Positions 1-8,920 of a stretch of 64,000 nucleotides of DNA are shown here, one piece after another. Location: positions 16,776-80,775 of the IMG/VR virus record IMGVR_UViG_3300010885_077086; one strand, written 5' to 3'. The notes beneath the pieces were generated by a model. The model was not told the origin of the DNA. It ran no database searches and saw nothing but the letters and a program-made list of their open reading frames with translations. Each line of letters opens with the position of its first letter. The stretch's first letter is position 1. A program made the translations under genes and the position numbers. The stretch comes from a virus.

Positions 1-67
1 AAGATCCGGCCCGATAGTGAAAGAAATAAGATTTGCTTAACATTTTTTTCCTCTTCAAAATATTTTA

Positions 68-283
68 CTATTTTGAAAGATGTTCCCCAATTCTATTATA
101 AAGATCTTCTAATTGCTCTTCTGTCAGATCATCAATTAATGATTCAAATACTTCATCTACTTGAATATCAGATTCTGAAAATCCATCCTCAAAGTCTTCA
201 TCATCATAACCATCGTCAAATTCACTGTAAGATTCTTCGTCATCTGAAAAGAAGTCATCATCGTCATCATCATAACTTGGCAT
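68..283 (-). CDS. Small, extremely acidic protein (possible DNA mimic)
   Basis: 71-aa ORF preceded by AGGAG; about half the residues are D/E; directly downstream of uvsE. Confidence 0.7.
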   Translation of the reverse strand: MPSYDDDDDDFFSDDEESYSEFDDGYDDEDFEDGFSESDIQVDEVFESLIDDLTEEQLEDLYNRIGEHLSK

Positions 284-310
284 AAACTATCTCCTTGTAA
301 TTTATTTTAT

Positions 311-1240
311 CTATGTAGTAGATTTTTGTCTATTATAATAATTAATTACAGCGAGATCTTTCATTTTTGCCTCTACCATAACATCTACTTCCATTCCGTA
401 GGTGTTAATTTCTTTTCTGATGTAATCGGAATGTGCTTGTGGCTTGATCTTTGGATCACCAACTTCTTCAGAGAGTGACTCTGAATAATGAATTACAGGC
501 CTAATTCCTGCTGGCCATGTTGTAGCAGCAAGTCTCATGGCCTCTTCTTGTGTTAGGCCACCATCACAGAATAGATGATGGTGCTGATCATGAACTACAG
601 GAATTCCGGTGTGTGGGAAAAGATCTTCAACAAGCTCTTTTGTTGAATAAAGAGAAGCCTTATCATCATTCTCGATGGTAAGTCTCTTGCTTACAGCATC
701 GGGCAGTCTTTTGAAGTTCTTGATAAATCTTGCGATTGCCACCTCTTTTTCACCATATGCACCACCAAGATGGATGTTAATTTTTGCATAATGTGTATTT
801 GGTAGACCTAGAAGATCAAAAACCTCTCCGTGAATCTTTAGATCTGTAATTGTATTGTTTACTACAGATTCTGACTCAGAACAGAGTTTATTGAATGGCC
901 CTGGATGACTTGTAATTCTAATGCCATTATCCCTTGCAAAATCTCCAGCCTCTTTTAGTGCAAGGGAAATACCCTGATAATCCTTTAGACTTTCAATTTC
1001 ATACTCTGAGGCCCAAGGAAAAAGATTAGATGAAAGTCTAAAGAAAAATATATTATTTTGAACATTTGACTTTAGAATAGGAAGAAGGTCTTTGCAATTC
1101 TGCAAGGCAAGATCTGATGCGTAATTTACACCCTTCTGATCAAAAGTCTTTCTGATCATTGTTCTGTTTGTTGTTGGAGCCGACTTGCCGAGCTTTTGCT
1201 CTAGAAAAGACGAAATACAGGCGTAACCGTAGCGAACCAT
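311..1240 (-). CDS. uvsE: UV DNA damage endonuclease (UvsE/UVDE family)
   Basis: GYACI start, FFRLSSNLFP, RITSHPG, INIHLGG, RLTIENDD, IHYSES, AHSDYI, MVEAKMKD motifs; AGGAGG precedes ATG at 1240. Confidence 0.93.
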   Translation of the reverse strand: MVRYGYACISSFLEQKLGKSAPTTNRTMIRKTFDQKGVNYASDLALQNCKDLLPILKSNVQNNIFFFRLSSNLFPWASEYEIESLKDYQGISLALKEAGDFARDNGIRITSHPGPFNKLCSESESVVNNTITDLKIHGEVFDLLGLPNTHYAKINIHLGGAYGEKEVAIARFIKNFKRLPDAVSKRLTIENDDKASLYSTKELVEDLFPHTGIPVVHDQHHHLFCDGGLTQEEAMRLAATTWPAGIRPVIHYSESLSEEVGDPKIKPQAHSDYIRKEINTYGMEVDVMVEAKMKDLAVINYYNRQKSTT

Positions 1241-1257
1241 GCTGCCTCCTTGCCCCG

Positions 1258-1288
1258 ATAAGCTAATCACGGTGAGGCCCTTCGTCTA
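1258..1288 (-). promoter_or_regulatory. Class-1 (putative early) promoter, variant copy
   Basis: Minus strand TAGAC-N13-GTGATTAGCTTAT upstream of the uvsE RBS; matches the repeated motif with deviations. Confidence 0.6.
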
Positions 1289-1327
1289 TAGCTGGCTTAA
1301 AAACTATGAATTTTTTTTCTATCAAGA

Positions 1328-1876
1328 GTGAAATCACCAAAAAATAATCATCCATTTCTCAGCGAGATAAACCATAGGGTTGAGATTATAGGGGCTGCAA
1401 AATCTTTTTTAGAGAAAAATTTTGAATTAAAAATTAATCAAGCCCTAATTGGACATCTTTTTTTCGGACAAAGAGCGTTTGCCCTACCAGGAAGAGATAT
1501 AGGCCTTATGTATGGTGAAGAGACCAAATATTATCCAGAAGGATTTGAAGAAACAATTTTTCCTGGGCCAGTAGTTCTTATTGATGAAACTGGAACATCT
1601 TTTGATATTGGAATTGGTGAGATATTAAAAGATGATATTGGATTTTATTTTAAAAATATTCTAATAAATATCAGGATAAATAAAAATGATTCACATGATA
1701 TGAGTGGATTCTTTTCTGATAATTTTTTTATTCAAATCTATAAAATAGATAGCTACGGACTATTAAAAGAAGTTAATTTAACTGCTGTTTTAGAAACAAA
1801 AAAATTGTGCTCAGATTTTATCCTAAACACAATTTTTTTTAATTTAGAAAAGCTTTCCAGTTCTAGAGTTGTATGA
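1328..1876 (+). CDS. Hypothetical protein, possibly a divergent 'W-x-L-F-N' family member (ends ...ILNTIFFNLEKL)
   Basis: 182-aa ORF; C-terminus resembles the family motif. Confidence 0.55.
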   Translation: MKSPKNNHPFLSEINHRVEIIGAAKSFLEKNFELKINQALIGHLFFGQRAFALPGRDIGLMYGEETKYYPEGFEETIFPGPVVLIDETGTSFDIGIGEILKDDIGFYFKNILINIRINKNDSHDMSGFFSDNFFIQIYKIDSYGLLKEVNLTAVLETKKLCSDFILNTIFFNLEKLSSSRVV

Positions 1877-2086
1877 CGAAATTCCATATCTCTCTTTGTT
1901 TATTGGCTTTGGCTTCCAGCCCGCCCAATCTTCGAGATATTTCTCTGGAATCTCAGAGAGATCTTCTACCTTTCTACAATATGTAAATCTATCTTCTTCA
2001 AACTTCTCAAACCAAAATCCTCCAAAGATAAAAAACTGATCTCTTATCTCTGGACCCTTTCTTTTCTTTTTATCTAAAAGTCCCAT
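1844..2086 (-). CDS. Hypothetical protein
   Basis: 80-aa ORF with GAGG RBS. Confidence 0.55.
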   Translation of the reverse strand: MGLLDKKKRKGPEIRDQFFIFGGFWFEKFEEDRFTYCRKVEDLSEIPEKYLEDWAGWKPKPINKERYGISSYNSRTGKLF

Positions 2087-2307
2087 TTTAACCTCACTCT
2101 TCTTCTGCTTTTATTAAGAATTTTTCGGAATAGCTGACTACTTTTATTATACCGGATAGGCTCTTTAAACCAACTAAATTTGTTACGCCAGAATCATCAA
2201 TCCATTCAACTGTGAAAAATTCCCCAGAATAAAGAACTACATCACCTACTTTTATTTTTTTCATTGAGAATCCCTGCTATTATTTTTTTATTTAATAGAG
2301 GAATTTT

Positions 2308-3057
2308 ATGGATAAAATAAAGAGGGGCCTTGGCTATATAAACATTATAGTATCAATTCTTATTTTAATCATTTTTAACAAAGAGCTTTTAATTCCAAAA
2401 GATGGCCCAGTCAGTATCTTAGAGGAAAAAAGAAATTTTGCAGAGAAAAGAACAGTTTTAGTTGAGTGGAAAACTGCAAGCTGGAGCGGCGTTCTTTTTG
2501 ATTCAAATAATAAGTCATCAAGAATTTTAACCATAATTCATGAAGATTCTATGAAAAAAATAAAAGAATCTGGAAATATTAGTCTAAAAATTTCAGATCG
2601 AGAAGGCAAAAAGCATACTGCATCAATAAAGGGTTGGAATAGTTGCAATGAATTAGCAATGTTAGAAATTACAAATGGCTCAATAGCTTATAATAGCTCT
2701 TTAAACATTGAGCAAAGACAAGAAAACCTTTCGCAGAGCTTATTTTCATTTGGCCATCCACTTGGACTAAATCTACATTATGCAGAAGGATATCTTAGTT
2801 CTACTGGAAATAAAATAAAACCATGTGGAATGATAACAAATGGCTTTTCTGGAGGAACAATTCCTGGTCAAACAGGGTCTGGGGTCTGGAATACAAATGG
2901 AGAGCTTGCTGGACTTATAGTTGCAACATCTGCCATGCCAGTAAAGTCATATGATTCAAGTGGTAATCAGTCTGGAATATCTGTTATTCCCGTTACATTT
3001 CTTGGAAGATTTGTTCCTGCTTCAGAAATAAAAGTATTTTTAAAAAAATTACTTTAA
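2308..3057 (+). CDS. Membrane-anchored trypsin-like (S1) serine protease domain protein
   Basis: N-terminal TM; ILTIIH, ELAML, FGHPLGL, PGQTGSGVWNTNGELAGL (the usual G-N-S-G-G appears as GQTGS, so activity is uncertain). Confidence 0.7.
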   Translation: MDKIKRGLGYINIIVSILILIIFNKELLIPKDGPVSILEEKRNFAEKRTVLVEWKTASWSGVLFDSNNKSSRILTIIHEDSMKKIKESGNISLKISDREGKKHTASIKGWNSCNELAMLEITNGSIAYNSSLNIEQRQENLSQSLFSFGHPLGLNLHYAEGYLSSTGNKIKPCGMITNGFSGGTIPGQTGSGVWNTNGELAGLIVATSAMPVKSYDSSGNQSGISVIPVTFLGRFVPASEIKVFLKKLL

Positions 3058-3264
3058 AGGTTTTGAATTTAAATCATAAAGATAGACTATAACGTAGTAT
3101 TTTAAATTTTCTGCATAATCTAAAATATAATCTATGTCTTGTGCCTCAAAGCCTCTTATTATCTTATGCTCTTCTGAAAGTTTTAAATTTGAAAATATTT
3201 CAACTACAGCATCACACTTTGCAGTATTTCTATAAAATCTATTATCTATCACTTTCTTTATCAT
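3049..3264 (-). CDS. Hypothetical protein
   Basis: 71-aa ORF in minus-strand array. Confidence 0.5.
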   Translation of the reverse strand: MIKKVIDNRFYRNTAKCDAVVEIFSNLKLSEEHKIIRGFEAQDIDYILDYAENLKYYVIVYLYDLNSKPLK

Positions 3265-3409
3265 TAAATTTTAAAAAATATATTATTAGAAATAATGCAT
3301 TAAAAGTAAAAAATATTGACCATGCTGTCAGAAATCTTTCTTTATCAAATATAATCCAAAATATAAAGTTAAATACTGGATTAAGTATTTCAAAAAGAAA
3401 GTCTTCCAT
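3242..3409 (-). CDS. Small membrane protein (55 aa, not in ORF track)
   Basis: Hand translation MEDFLFEILNPVFNFIFWIIFDKERFLTAWSIFFTFNALFLIIYFLKF...; start overlaps upstream stop. Confidence 0.5.
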   Translation of the reverse strand: MEDFLFEILNPVFNFIFWIIFDKERFLTAWSIFFTFNALFLIIYFLKFNDKESDR

Positions 3410-3576
3410 CACATTCTATCTATCTTTATAAATTCCAAAAGATGGGCCGGAACATAAAGCTCTTCTTGCTCTATCCCTATCCACTCAATTGGATGTACTT
3501 TGTACAGGTTTCCAACTCTTTCTAATACATTAACCAAGATCCATGATTTATCAGGACAAATATATCTAGCTTGCAT
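3409..3576 (-). CDS. Small hypothetical protein (55 aa, not in ORF track)
   Basis: Hand translation MQARYICPDKSWILVNVLERVGNLYKVHPIEW...; AGGAG RBS; abuts neighbours. Confidence 0.55.
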   Translation of the reverse strand: MQARYICPDKSWILVNVLERVGNLYKVHPIEWIGIEQEELYVPAHLLEFIKIDRM

Positions 3577-3888
3577 TTATTCTCCTTTTTTAAGATCTAT
3601 CAGTGCTTTTGCTAATAGGCTCATTCCATGAGCTTTTCTTTTCTCTAATTCTTCAAAATATTCGGAAAGGTTCATTCCAAGTATTTTTAATGATTCGGAC
3701 TCCGTTATTCCAAATATAGAATTTGAAGAATCAAATTTAATAAGAATTCCATTATTTAGTTTCTTTTTTATTTGAAACTTAGATCCTGCTGGAAATCTAG
3801 GATTCTTTCTTTCTGTTGGAATAAGAAACCCGCGAGATCCAAGCGGAAGCACAGAGCAATTTACAAGAATTTCATTTAGCTTATTCAT
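3577..3888 (-). CDS. Hypothetical protein
   Basis: ORF; likely start MNKLNEI at 3888, after the upstream terminator. Confidence 0.55.
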   Translation of the reverse strand: MNKLNEILVNCSVLPLGSRGFLIPTERKNPRFPAGSKFQIKKKLNNGILIKFDSSNSIFGITESESLKILGMNLSEYFEELEKRKAHGMSLLAKALIDLKKGE

Positions 3889-3915
3889 TTTATTCTGCCT
3901 AAAAAATGGTACTGC

Positions 3916-3954
3916 AAAAAGAAGAGCCACCAAGAGATTTATTTCTTGGTGGCT
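3916..3954 (-). terminator. Rho-independent terminator
   Basis: Inverted repeat AGCCACCAAGA/TCTTGGTGGCT followed by a T-rich run on the minus strand. Confidence 0.75.
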
Positions 3955-3976
3955 AAACTTACTTAAGTTATTTAAG

Positions 3977-4090
3977 TTACTCTGCGCTATCTACAGCTGA
4001 TGCGCTATCTGCACTGTCTGACTTTCCACCAGTGCAAGCTGCGAGTGTTGCTACTGCTGCTACGAGAACCATTGTTACTACTTTTTTCAT
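3977..4090 (-). CDS. Tiny lipoprotein (37 aa, not in ORF track)
   Basis: MKKVVTMVLVAAVATLAA-CTGGKSDSADSASAVDSAE*; lipobox LAAC, GAGGAG RBS, terminator downstream. Confidence 0.75.
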   Translation of the reverse strand: MKKVVTMVLVAAVATLAACTGGKSDSADSASAVDSAE

Positions 4091-4341
4091 TTTGTCTCCT
4101 CTGTACTCTTGATTTCTTTTATTCTCATTCCGCTGGAAGCAAATCTCCACATTCTTGGCCAGCCCATTTCAAAAAAATAATGAGCAACATAGCCAATAAT
4201 ATTAGAGATTATTGTTAATCCAACTACAACCGTAAAGGAATGAAAATATATATAGTTTACTAACATTGTCAATGGCATTGAGAATAAAACTCTCCATACC
4301 AATACTTTCCAAAATATTTCTTTTTCATAGGAATGCTTCAC
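4087..4341 (-). CDS. Small two-TM membrane protein (DUF2061-like)
   Basis: K-x-L-x-W-R, two hydrophobic segments, HYFFEMGW motif. Confidence 0.65.
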   Translation of the reverse strand: MKHSYEKEIFWKVLVWRVLFSMPLTMLVNYIYFHSFTVVVGLTIISNIIGYVAHYFFEMGWPRMWRFASSGMRIKEIKSTEETK

Positions 4342-4412
4342 TCTATATAAAGAAATATTAGTCGGTGTCGTCCGACTAACGCTGACATTTTAATTCTTCA
4401 GTGAATTCTTTT

Positions 4413-4685
4413 TTAGTGAGCTGCGGTTGAGCTTGAGCTGGAAGTGCTGCTGCTTGACTGAGTTGCTGGTGCAGTGGTTACAGTTGAGGTGGTTCCAGCG
4501 GTGCTCTCAGTTGTAGAGGTTACTACTGAGGTAGCTGCTGCTGCATCAGTGGTTACTGTTGCCTCGGTGGTTACTGCAGTTGTCTCAGTTGAAGTTGGTG
4601 TGGTTGCAGCCTCAGTTGCGGCTGGAGCCTCTACCTTCTCTGCTGTTGAGCAAGCAAGTAGTGCAGATAGTACTAATGTTAACAT
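4413..4685 (-). CDS. Thr/Ala/Ser-rich low-complexity lipoprotein
   Basis: MLTLVLSALLA-C lipobox after AGGAG RBS; mucin-like tail. Confidence 0.75.
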   Translation of the reverse strand: MLTLVLSALLACSTAEKVEAPAATEAATTPTSTETTAVTTEATVTTDAAAATSVVTSTTESTAGTTSTVTTAPATQSSSSTSSSSSTAAH

Positions 4686-4778
4686 TTTAACTCCTATTTG
4701 TCGTTTAAATCGCTGCAACGATGAATTTCGTTGGGCAGCATAATAATACCCTTGTCGAGTAATACTGTCTAAAAATTC

Positions 4779-4997
4779 TTATATCCTTTTTTGATCTGTA
4801 TTATGAAAGACGACTGTTCTCCATCCTTCATAATTTAAAGGAATAAGCTTTCTAATTTCTTGCGATGATTCTTTTCCTTGCACATAAACTTCCAAAACAG
4901 AACCCCCATCATCGGAAGAAGTTTTTGTTGTGATATCTCTATCTCCAAATTCTCCTAATATTAATTTTTCTATTTCCTCTGGCGAAGGCTTTTTCAA
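4779..4997 (-). CDS. Hypothetical protein
   Basis: 72-aa ORF coupled to upstream gene. Confidence 0.55.
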   Translation of the reverse strand: MKKPSPEEIEKLILGEFGDRDITTKTSSDDGGSVLEVYVQGKESSQEIRKLIPLNYEGWRTVVFHNTDQKRI

Positions 4998-5263
4998 ACC
5001 GTAAATACCTTTATTTTGTGGGCCATTATTTTTTCACCTTGTTCTAACTTTATCTTTACGGGTTCTGGCTCATATTGCTTTAATAAAACAATAACTGGAG
5101 AGCTTGTCTTTTGATCTAGAAAAACCTCAATTAGTTTTCCTTTTATATTTTGACCAAAAGAATCTTTTATAGATATTTCTATAAAATCAGAATCATCTAA
5201 AGATGATTTTAATTTTTCAACAAAAGCTTCGGATTTTGAATTAATAATTTTTTCTAACTTCAT
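4994..5263 (-). CDS. Hypothetical protein
   Basis: 89-aa ORF. Confidence 0.55.
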   Translation of the reverse strand: MKLEKIINSKSEAFVEKLKSSLDDSDFIEISIKDSFGQNIKGKLIEVFLDQKTSSPVIVLLKQYEPEPVKIKLEQGEKIMAHKIKVFTV

Positions 5264-5329
5264 GATAGTGAAAAAATATATAAGTAGAAAATTAATATGG
5301 TAATAATAATTTTTTAACTGGAGGTTAAT

Positions 5330-5512
5330 ATGTCAGAGCAAGTAAAGATAAAGATTCCTTTTGGTAAAGTTGCTGCTTTTGCTGCAAGCTTAGTAGTAAA
5401 AGCTCGCGGCGGATTCACAAAAGATGAAGGACATCAGATTCTAGCTGAGTTTATGGAATTACTAGCCGATGTTCTCGCTGAAAATGCAAGCACAGTTGCT
5501 GGAAAAAAGTAA
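5330..5512 (+). CDS. Small hypothetical protein (putative late gene)
   Basis: GGAGG RBS; terminator downstream. Confidence 0.65.
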   Translation: MSEQVKIKIPFGKVAAFAASLVVKARGGFTKDEGHQILAEFMELLADVLAENASTVAGKK

Positions 5513-5532
5513 TTTTTTAAAAAAATAAAATT

Positions 5533-5556
5533 GGAGGGTTTCTGCCCTCCTTTTTT
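5533..5556 (+). terminator. Rho-independent terminator, possibly bidirectional
   Basis: GGAGGG...CCCTCC + T6 between convergent genes. Confidence 0.75.
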
Positions 5557-5557
5557 A

Positions 5558-5830
5558 TTAGCTTAATCTTTGAATTTCTCTCTGAATATACCAAAGAGCT
5601 TTTTGTAAATCTTCTACTTCAGTACTCTTATCTTTTAGTCCAGCTCTTGCAATATATTTTATTGCATTTCCTCTGCTAAAGTTTAGGTTCCAATCTTCAA
5701 TTGCATCAATAACTTCAATTTTACCTGAGTTATAATGAGCAGGATGATCTACTCTCACTGACTCTTTATTGCTTTTTTGTACTATTTTCTTTTGTGAGCT
5801 ATCATCTTCAAAAATATCATCTGAAGCCAT
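5558..5830 (-). CDS. DUF3310-family protein
   Basis: VDHPAHYNSGKIEVIDAI...GNAIKYIARAG.K...EDLQKALWYI signature. Confidence 0.88.
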   Translation of the reverse strand: MASDDIFEDDSSQKKIVQKSNKESVRVDHPAHYNSGKIEVIDAIEDWNLNFSRGNAIKYIARAGLKDKSTEVEDLQKALWYIQREIQRLS

Positions 5831-5883
5831 TTTGCACCTCTAGGATGATATTACCAACAGCAATAGTTTGCTTAAATTAAATA

Positions 5884-7398
5884 TTAATTTATTGTTTCTT
5901 TCATTATTTTAAATGCTTCTGATGGGGTTGATGGTGGTGGCTCTGTTTTTGATAGAGCATTTAGTATCGGCCTAACATCTTGCTCTGTTAGGTACTTTAC
6001 TTCTTTTCCTGTAAGATGTGTCAAATATTTGTGAATCATATCTTTATCTGGATATTTCATTACTGAGTTAGGAGATATTGTATCTTCTTTTAAGTTAATG
6101 TGGTTTGGATTTTCTGGAAGAAGTATTCCTCTGGCAGCTAATAAGCTGCCCATTCTATCTATTATGATTCCTTTTACATTTTCTTTGTCTTGTACTTTTG
6201 TCCAACCAGATATTTCTTTTGCAAAAAGATCTGAAGACAAATTTCCTGATTCATCTTTTATATTTGAAATAAACCGTACAAGATTTCTATGTCCAAAATT
6301 AAAAGATAATCTAGTTAGAGCATCATATAGAGACCTTGGAATTTTTGCATTACTATCTAACCCAGCATTATCAATTGCGTGATTTATTATATCATCTGCC
6401 TTTATTCTTTCTGCATCTTCTTTTTTTAATTTTTTCTTCCAGTTTATTTTTCTACCATTTTTAAGCTTAATTATGCCGGTTTTAAATTCATCTTCGGTTA
6501 TTTTATGACCGTATCCTATTGTCCATCCGGTTTTTACCCTATCTTTATCTCTTTTCCAATTAAGAGATTTATTATCATTATATGGAGTATCTTGAAATCC
6601 TTCATCTGATTTTAATCCACTTATTGCAATATCTGAAAAATCCATTTCACCAACTGTTCCAACTTCATCTACAAAATAATCATTTCCAATTCTTCTTGCA
6701 AATTTTGCCATTATCTCTTTTAGATCTGGATAGGCAACCTGTGCTCTTTCGGTATGTGGAAATAATTCAGTTTGTTTTAGCTGTAAACCAGATTCTTCAA
6801 ATGTAAGATTTTGATTATATTCTTTTAAAAACTCAATAATTATATCTTTTTTATCTTCAACCTGAATATCTGGATATATTTCTTTTATTATGGTATCGGT
6901 TTGTGTTCCAATTGGAAATTCTTTTTTTAACTTTATTAAGTTTGGTGATTCTTCAAGAGAAAAATCAGCAATTTTTTCTTCAAGAATTTCTTTTCCACCA
7001 AGATTATATCCCAATGCTCCAGCAAGGCCCAATCCCAAGAAAGCACTAAGAAGCATTGACTTTATGCTGCTCTTTATTGCCGCAGCCTCTTTTCTAAATC
7101 CAAATCCCTGTAGTGCAGCCTTAACTGACTTTAGCTTTGATAGCCTTTTCTTTAGTGCGCTATTTCTTTCGCCATAATCAAGGTTCTTTCTGAAAAATTC
7201 TGGAACATCACCTTTTCCACCGCGAGGAAAAACATGACTATCATCCGAAGAGTTTTGGTGTTTGAAATATTCTATCTGACGAAGTCTTTTTTTTGCACCG
7301 GCCATTGTTTTATAGGTTCCCATGTTTCTTCCCTTTTCGGAAAAAACACGAAATTTTTCTTTACCAATTTGTTTTATATAAGATTCTTTGATAAACAT
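5884..7398 (-). CDS. Multidomain protein with TM helix and C-terminal phage lysozyme (GH24-like) domain
   Basis: LKSDEGFQDTPYND...WTIGYGHKI and DALTRLSFNFG motifs; hydrophobic LLSAFLGLGLAGALG; basic N-terminal domain (KGRNMGTYKT...AKKRLRQIEYFKH). Confidence 0.75.
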   Translation of the reverse strand: MFIKESYIKQIGKEKFRVFSEKGRNMGTYKTMAGAKKRLRQIEYFKHQNSSDDSHVFPRGGKGDVPEFFRKNLDYGERNSALKKRLSKLKSVKAALQGFGFRKEAAAIKSSIKSMLLSAFLGLGLAGALGYNLGGKEILEEKIADFSLEESPNLIKLKKEFPIGTQTDTIIKEIYPDIQVEDKKDIIIEFLKEYNQNLTFEESGLQLKQTELFPHTERAQVAYPDLKEIMAKFARRIGNDYFVDEVGTVGEMDFSDIAISGLKSDEGFQDTPYNDNKSLNWKRDKDRVKTGWTIGYGHKITEDEFKTGIIKLKNGRKINWKKKLKKEDAERIKADDIINHAIDNAGLDSNAKIPRSLYDALTRLSFNFGHRNLVRFISNIKDESGNLSSDLFAKEISGWTKVQDKENVKGIIIDRMGSLLAARGILLPENPNHINLKEDTISPNSVMKYPDKDMIHKYLTHLTGKEVKYLTEQDVRPILNALSKTEPPPSTPSEAFKIMKETIN

Positions 7399-7421
7399 GC
7401 CCTATTTTGAAAAAGTAATAG

Positions 7422-7450
7422 AAAAGGCGGGAAGTTTTCTCTTCCCGCCT
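7422..7450 (-). terminator. Rho-independent terminator
   Basis: AGGCGGGAAG/CTTCCCGCCT inverted repeat + TTTT on the minus strand. Confidence 0.75.
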
Positions 7451-7459
7451 ATCTATTGG

Positions 7460-8422
7460 CTAGTAGCGATAGCGTCCTTTCCAATCGCTATAATCACCAT
7501 CCTTCCTTGCTATACACTGCTCAACCAAGCGATTAAGACCAAGCTTCGATGCTACAGGAGCAGCAAACATTAGGTCTTGACGCCTTAGGTGAGGCAGAAT
7601 CATCTGCTGAACACCGTAATCATCGCAGGAAGCAAACTTTCCAATGACGGACTGAGGATAAGCAATTCTTTCAGTAATGACTTCATCTGGAATTGATAGA
7701 CGCTTTGCCTCTTCAATCTTATTGACAAAGATTCTGACAAGCGATTGCTTATTCTTTGCGTGGCCAGAAGAAATTAGCTCAGAAATAATATCCTCTGGAA
7801 AGATAGGACACTTCTCTGCGCAGCCAATAACATTACTCCTCTTGTCGGTATATCCCTTGCTACGCTCAATCCTAGACCATACCATAGAATAGAAGGCCGG
7901 ATCTACTGAACTGGAGAGTCCAGAATCCATCCAGAATCTGATATTCTCTTTGTTGTTCTCAATATAAGCTTGAGTTAGACGCTTTGTATAGTCAATTGTA
8001 AACTTAGGATCAGACAAAAGAGTCGAGATTGTTACTTTTGCTTGCTTTATCTCAACAGAATCAGAATCATCTGGCAGCTTATCCCAAATCTCAGAAAAAA
8101 GATTCTGAATAAACATCTTATTTTCTGAGCCAATGCCATTCTTAAACTTGGGAGAATAATAATCTGTCCAAGTGTAATAGCGACAATAAAGATCAAAAAT
8201 TCCCTTTCTATTCTCAGAAAAATTATTCCAAGTCCAAGCAAGGGCATTTGTATTCATCAGAATAGCAAACTCGTTACCTCGCTCGCCACGACTATAATAT
8301 GAATTGCTATCACAAAAAGTAGTCTTAACAGAGGCAGTAAAGAGGGCCATTAGAGTTTCATGGTCTGGCTCCCAATTGGATTCAACAGAAACAGTAGACA
8401 AAATATCCTTAAGCTGCGACAT
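7460..8422 (-). CDS. Helical (HEAT-like) repeat hypothetical protein
   Basis: 320-aa ORF, AGGAG RBS; C-terminus loosely resembles 15050..15895 and 17430..18230. Confidence 0.7.
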   Translation of the reverse strand: MSQLKDILSTVSVESNWEPDHETLMALFTASVKTTFCDSNSYYSRGERGNEFAILMNTNALAWTWNNFSENRKGIFDLYCRYYTWTDYYSPKFKNGIGSENKMFIQNLFSEIWDKLPDDSDSVEIKQAKVTISTLLSDPKFTIDYTKRLTQAYIENNKENIRFWMDSGLSSSVDPAFYSMVWSRIERSKGYTDKRSNVIGCAEKCPIFPEDIISELISSGHAKNKQSLVRIFVNKIEEAKRLSIPDEVITERIAYPQSVIGKFASCDDYGVQQMILPHLRRQDLMFAAPVASKLGLNRLVEQCIARKDGDYSDWKGRYRY

Positions 8423-8430
8423 TTTAACTC

Positions 8431-8809
8431 CTAATAGTTAAGAACTTCTTTTACCCAATTACCATCAGAATCAACATAGTGAATCCTCTTAATTCCTGCA
8501 CGACGAATATGAGTCATGCAGTAATGACAAGGACGAGAAATGCAGAGAGAACCATCCTTTCGGAAACGAGCAACCCAAAGAACATCCCTTGAGTTAGCCT
8601 TTGCCTTCTCAATTGCCTGCATTTCAGCATGACAGCAATAGGCAATTTCCTTCTTGTCTGCAAAGAACCTGCGAAACTTAGGAGAGGACTTTTCTCCGTT
8701 CGTTCCATAAATAACCGAATTACCTCGCGGAATCCACGCAATAAGGTGGAAAGGCTGGCCGTTAGAAAGGGCCGTTTCGCGAAGGAACTCCTAGAGACAC
8801 CCTTGGCAT
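8431..8809 (-). pseudogene. Zn-dependent cytidine/dCMP-deaminase-like gene split by a +1 frameshift near its 5' end
   Basis: HAE and SRPCHYC motifs lie in a frame open from 8790 to 8431 with no ATG/GTG/TTG before HAE; the AGGAGG+ATG at 8809 is one base out of frame. Confidence 0.7.
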
Positions 8810-8846
8810 GAAAACCTCCTTATATCTTTGAGCACCGTGCTCACCT

Positions 8847-8876
8847 ATAATGTACGCACCGGGAGGATAAGGTCAA
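8847..8876 (-). promoter_or_regulatory. Class-1 promoter
   Basis: TTGAC-N12-GTGCGTACATTAT. Confidence 0.75.
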
Positions 8877-8920
8877 TTGGCTAAGTGAGATTTTTTATAT
8901 TTGGTGTGTAGCGGGATATA

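Noticed and set aside
4358-4379. Hairpin TTAGTCGG/CCGACTAA as a notable element
   Set aside because: Most simply a weak terminator overlapping a class-2 motif; nothing further supports a distinct role
4474-4743. Antisense and alternative-frame ORFs (e.g. 4474..4743, 10929..11198, 13337..13726, 34616..34963, 40118..40417, 49740..50072, 62322..62597)
   Set aside because: Shadows of well-supported genes on the other strand, with no RBS or motif support
8514-8811. ORFs 8514..8741 (-) and 8629..8811 (+) as separate genes
   Set aside because: They overlap the frameshifted deaminase frame, which carries the recognisable motifs
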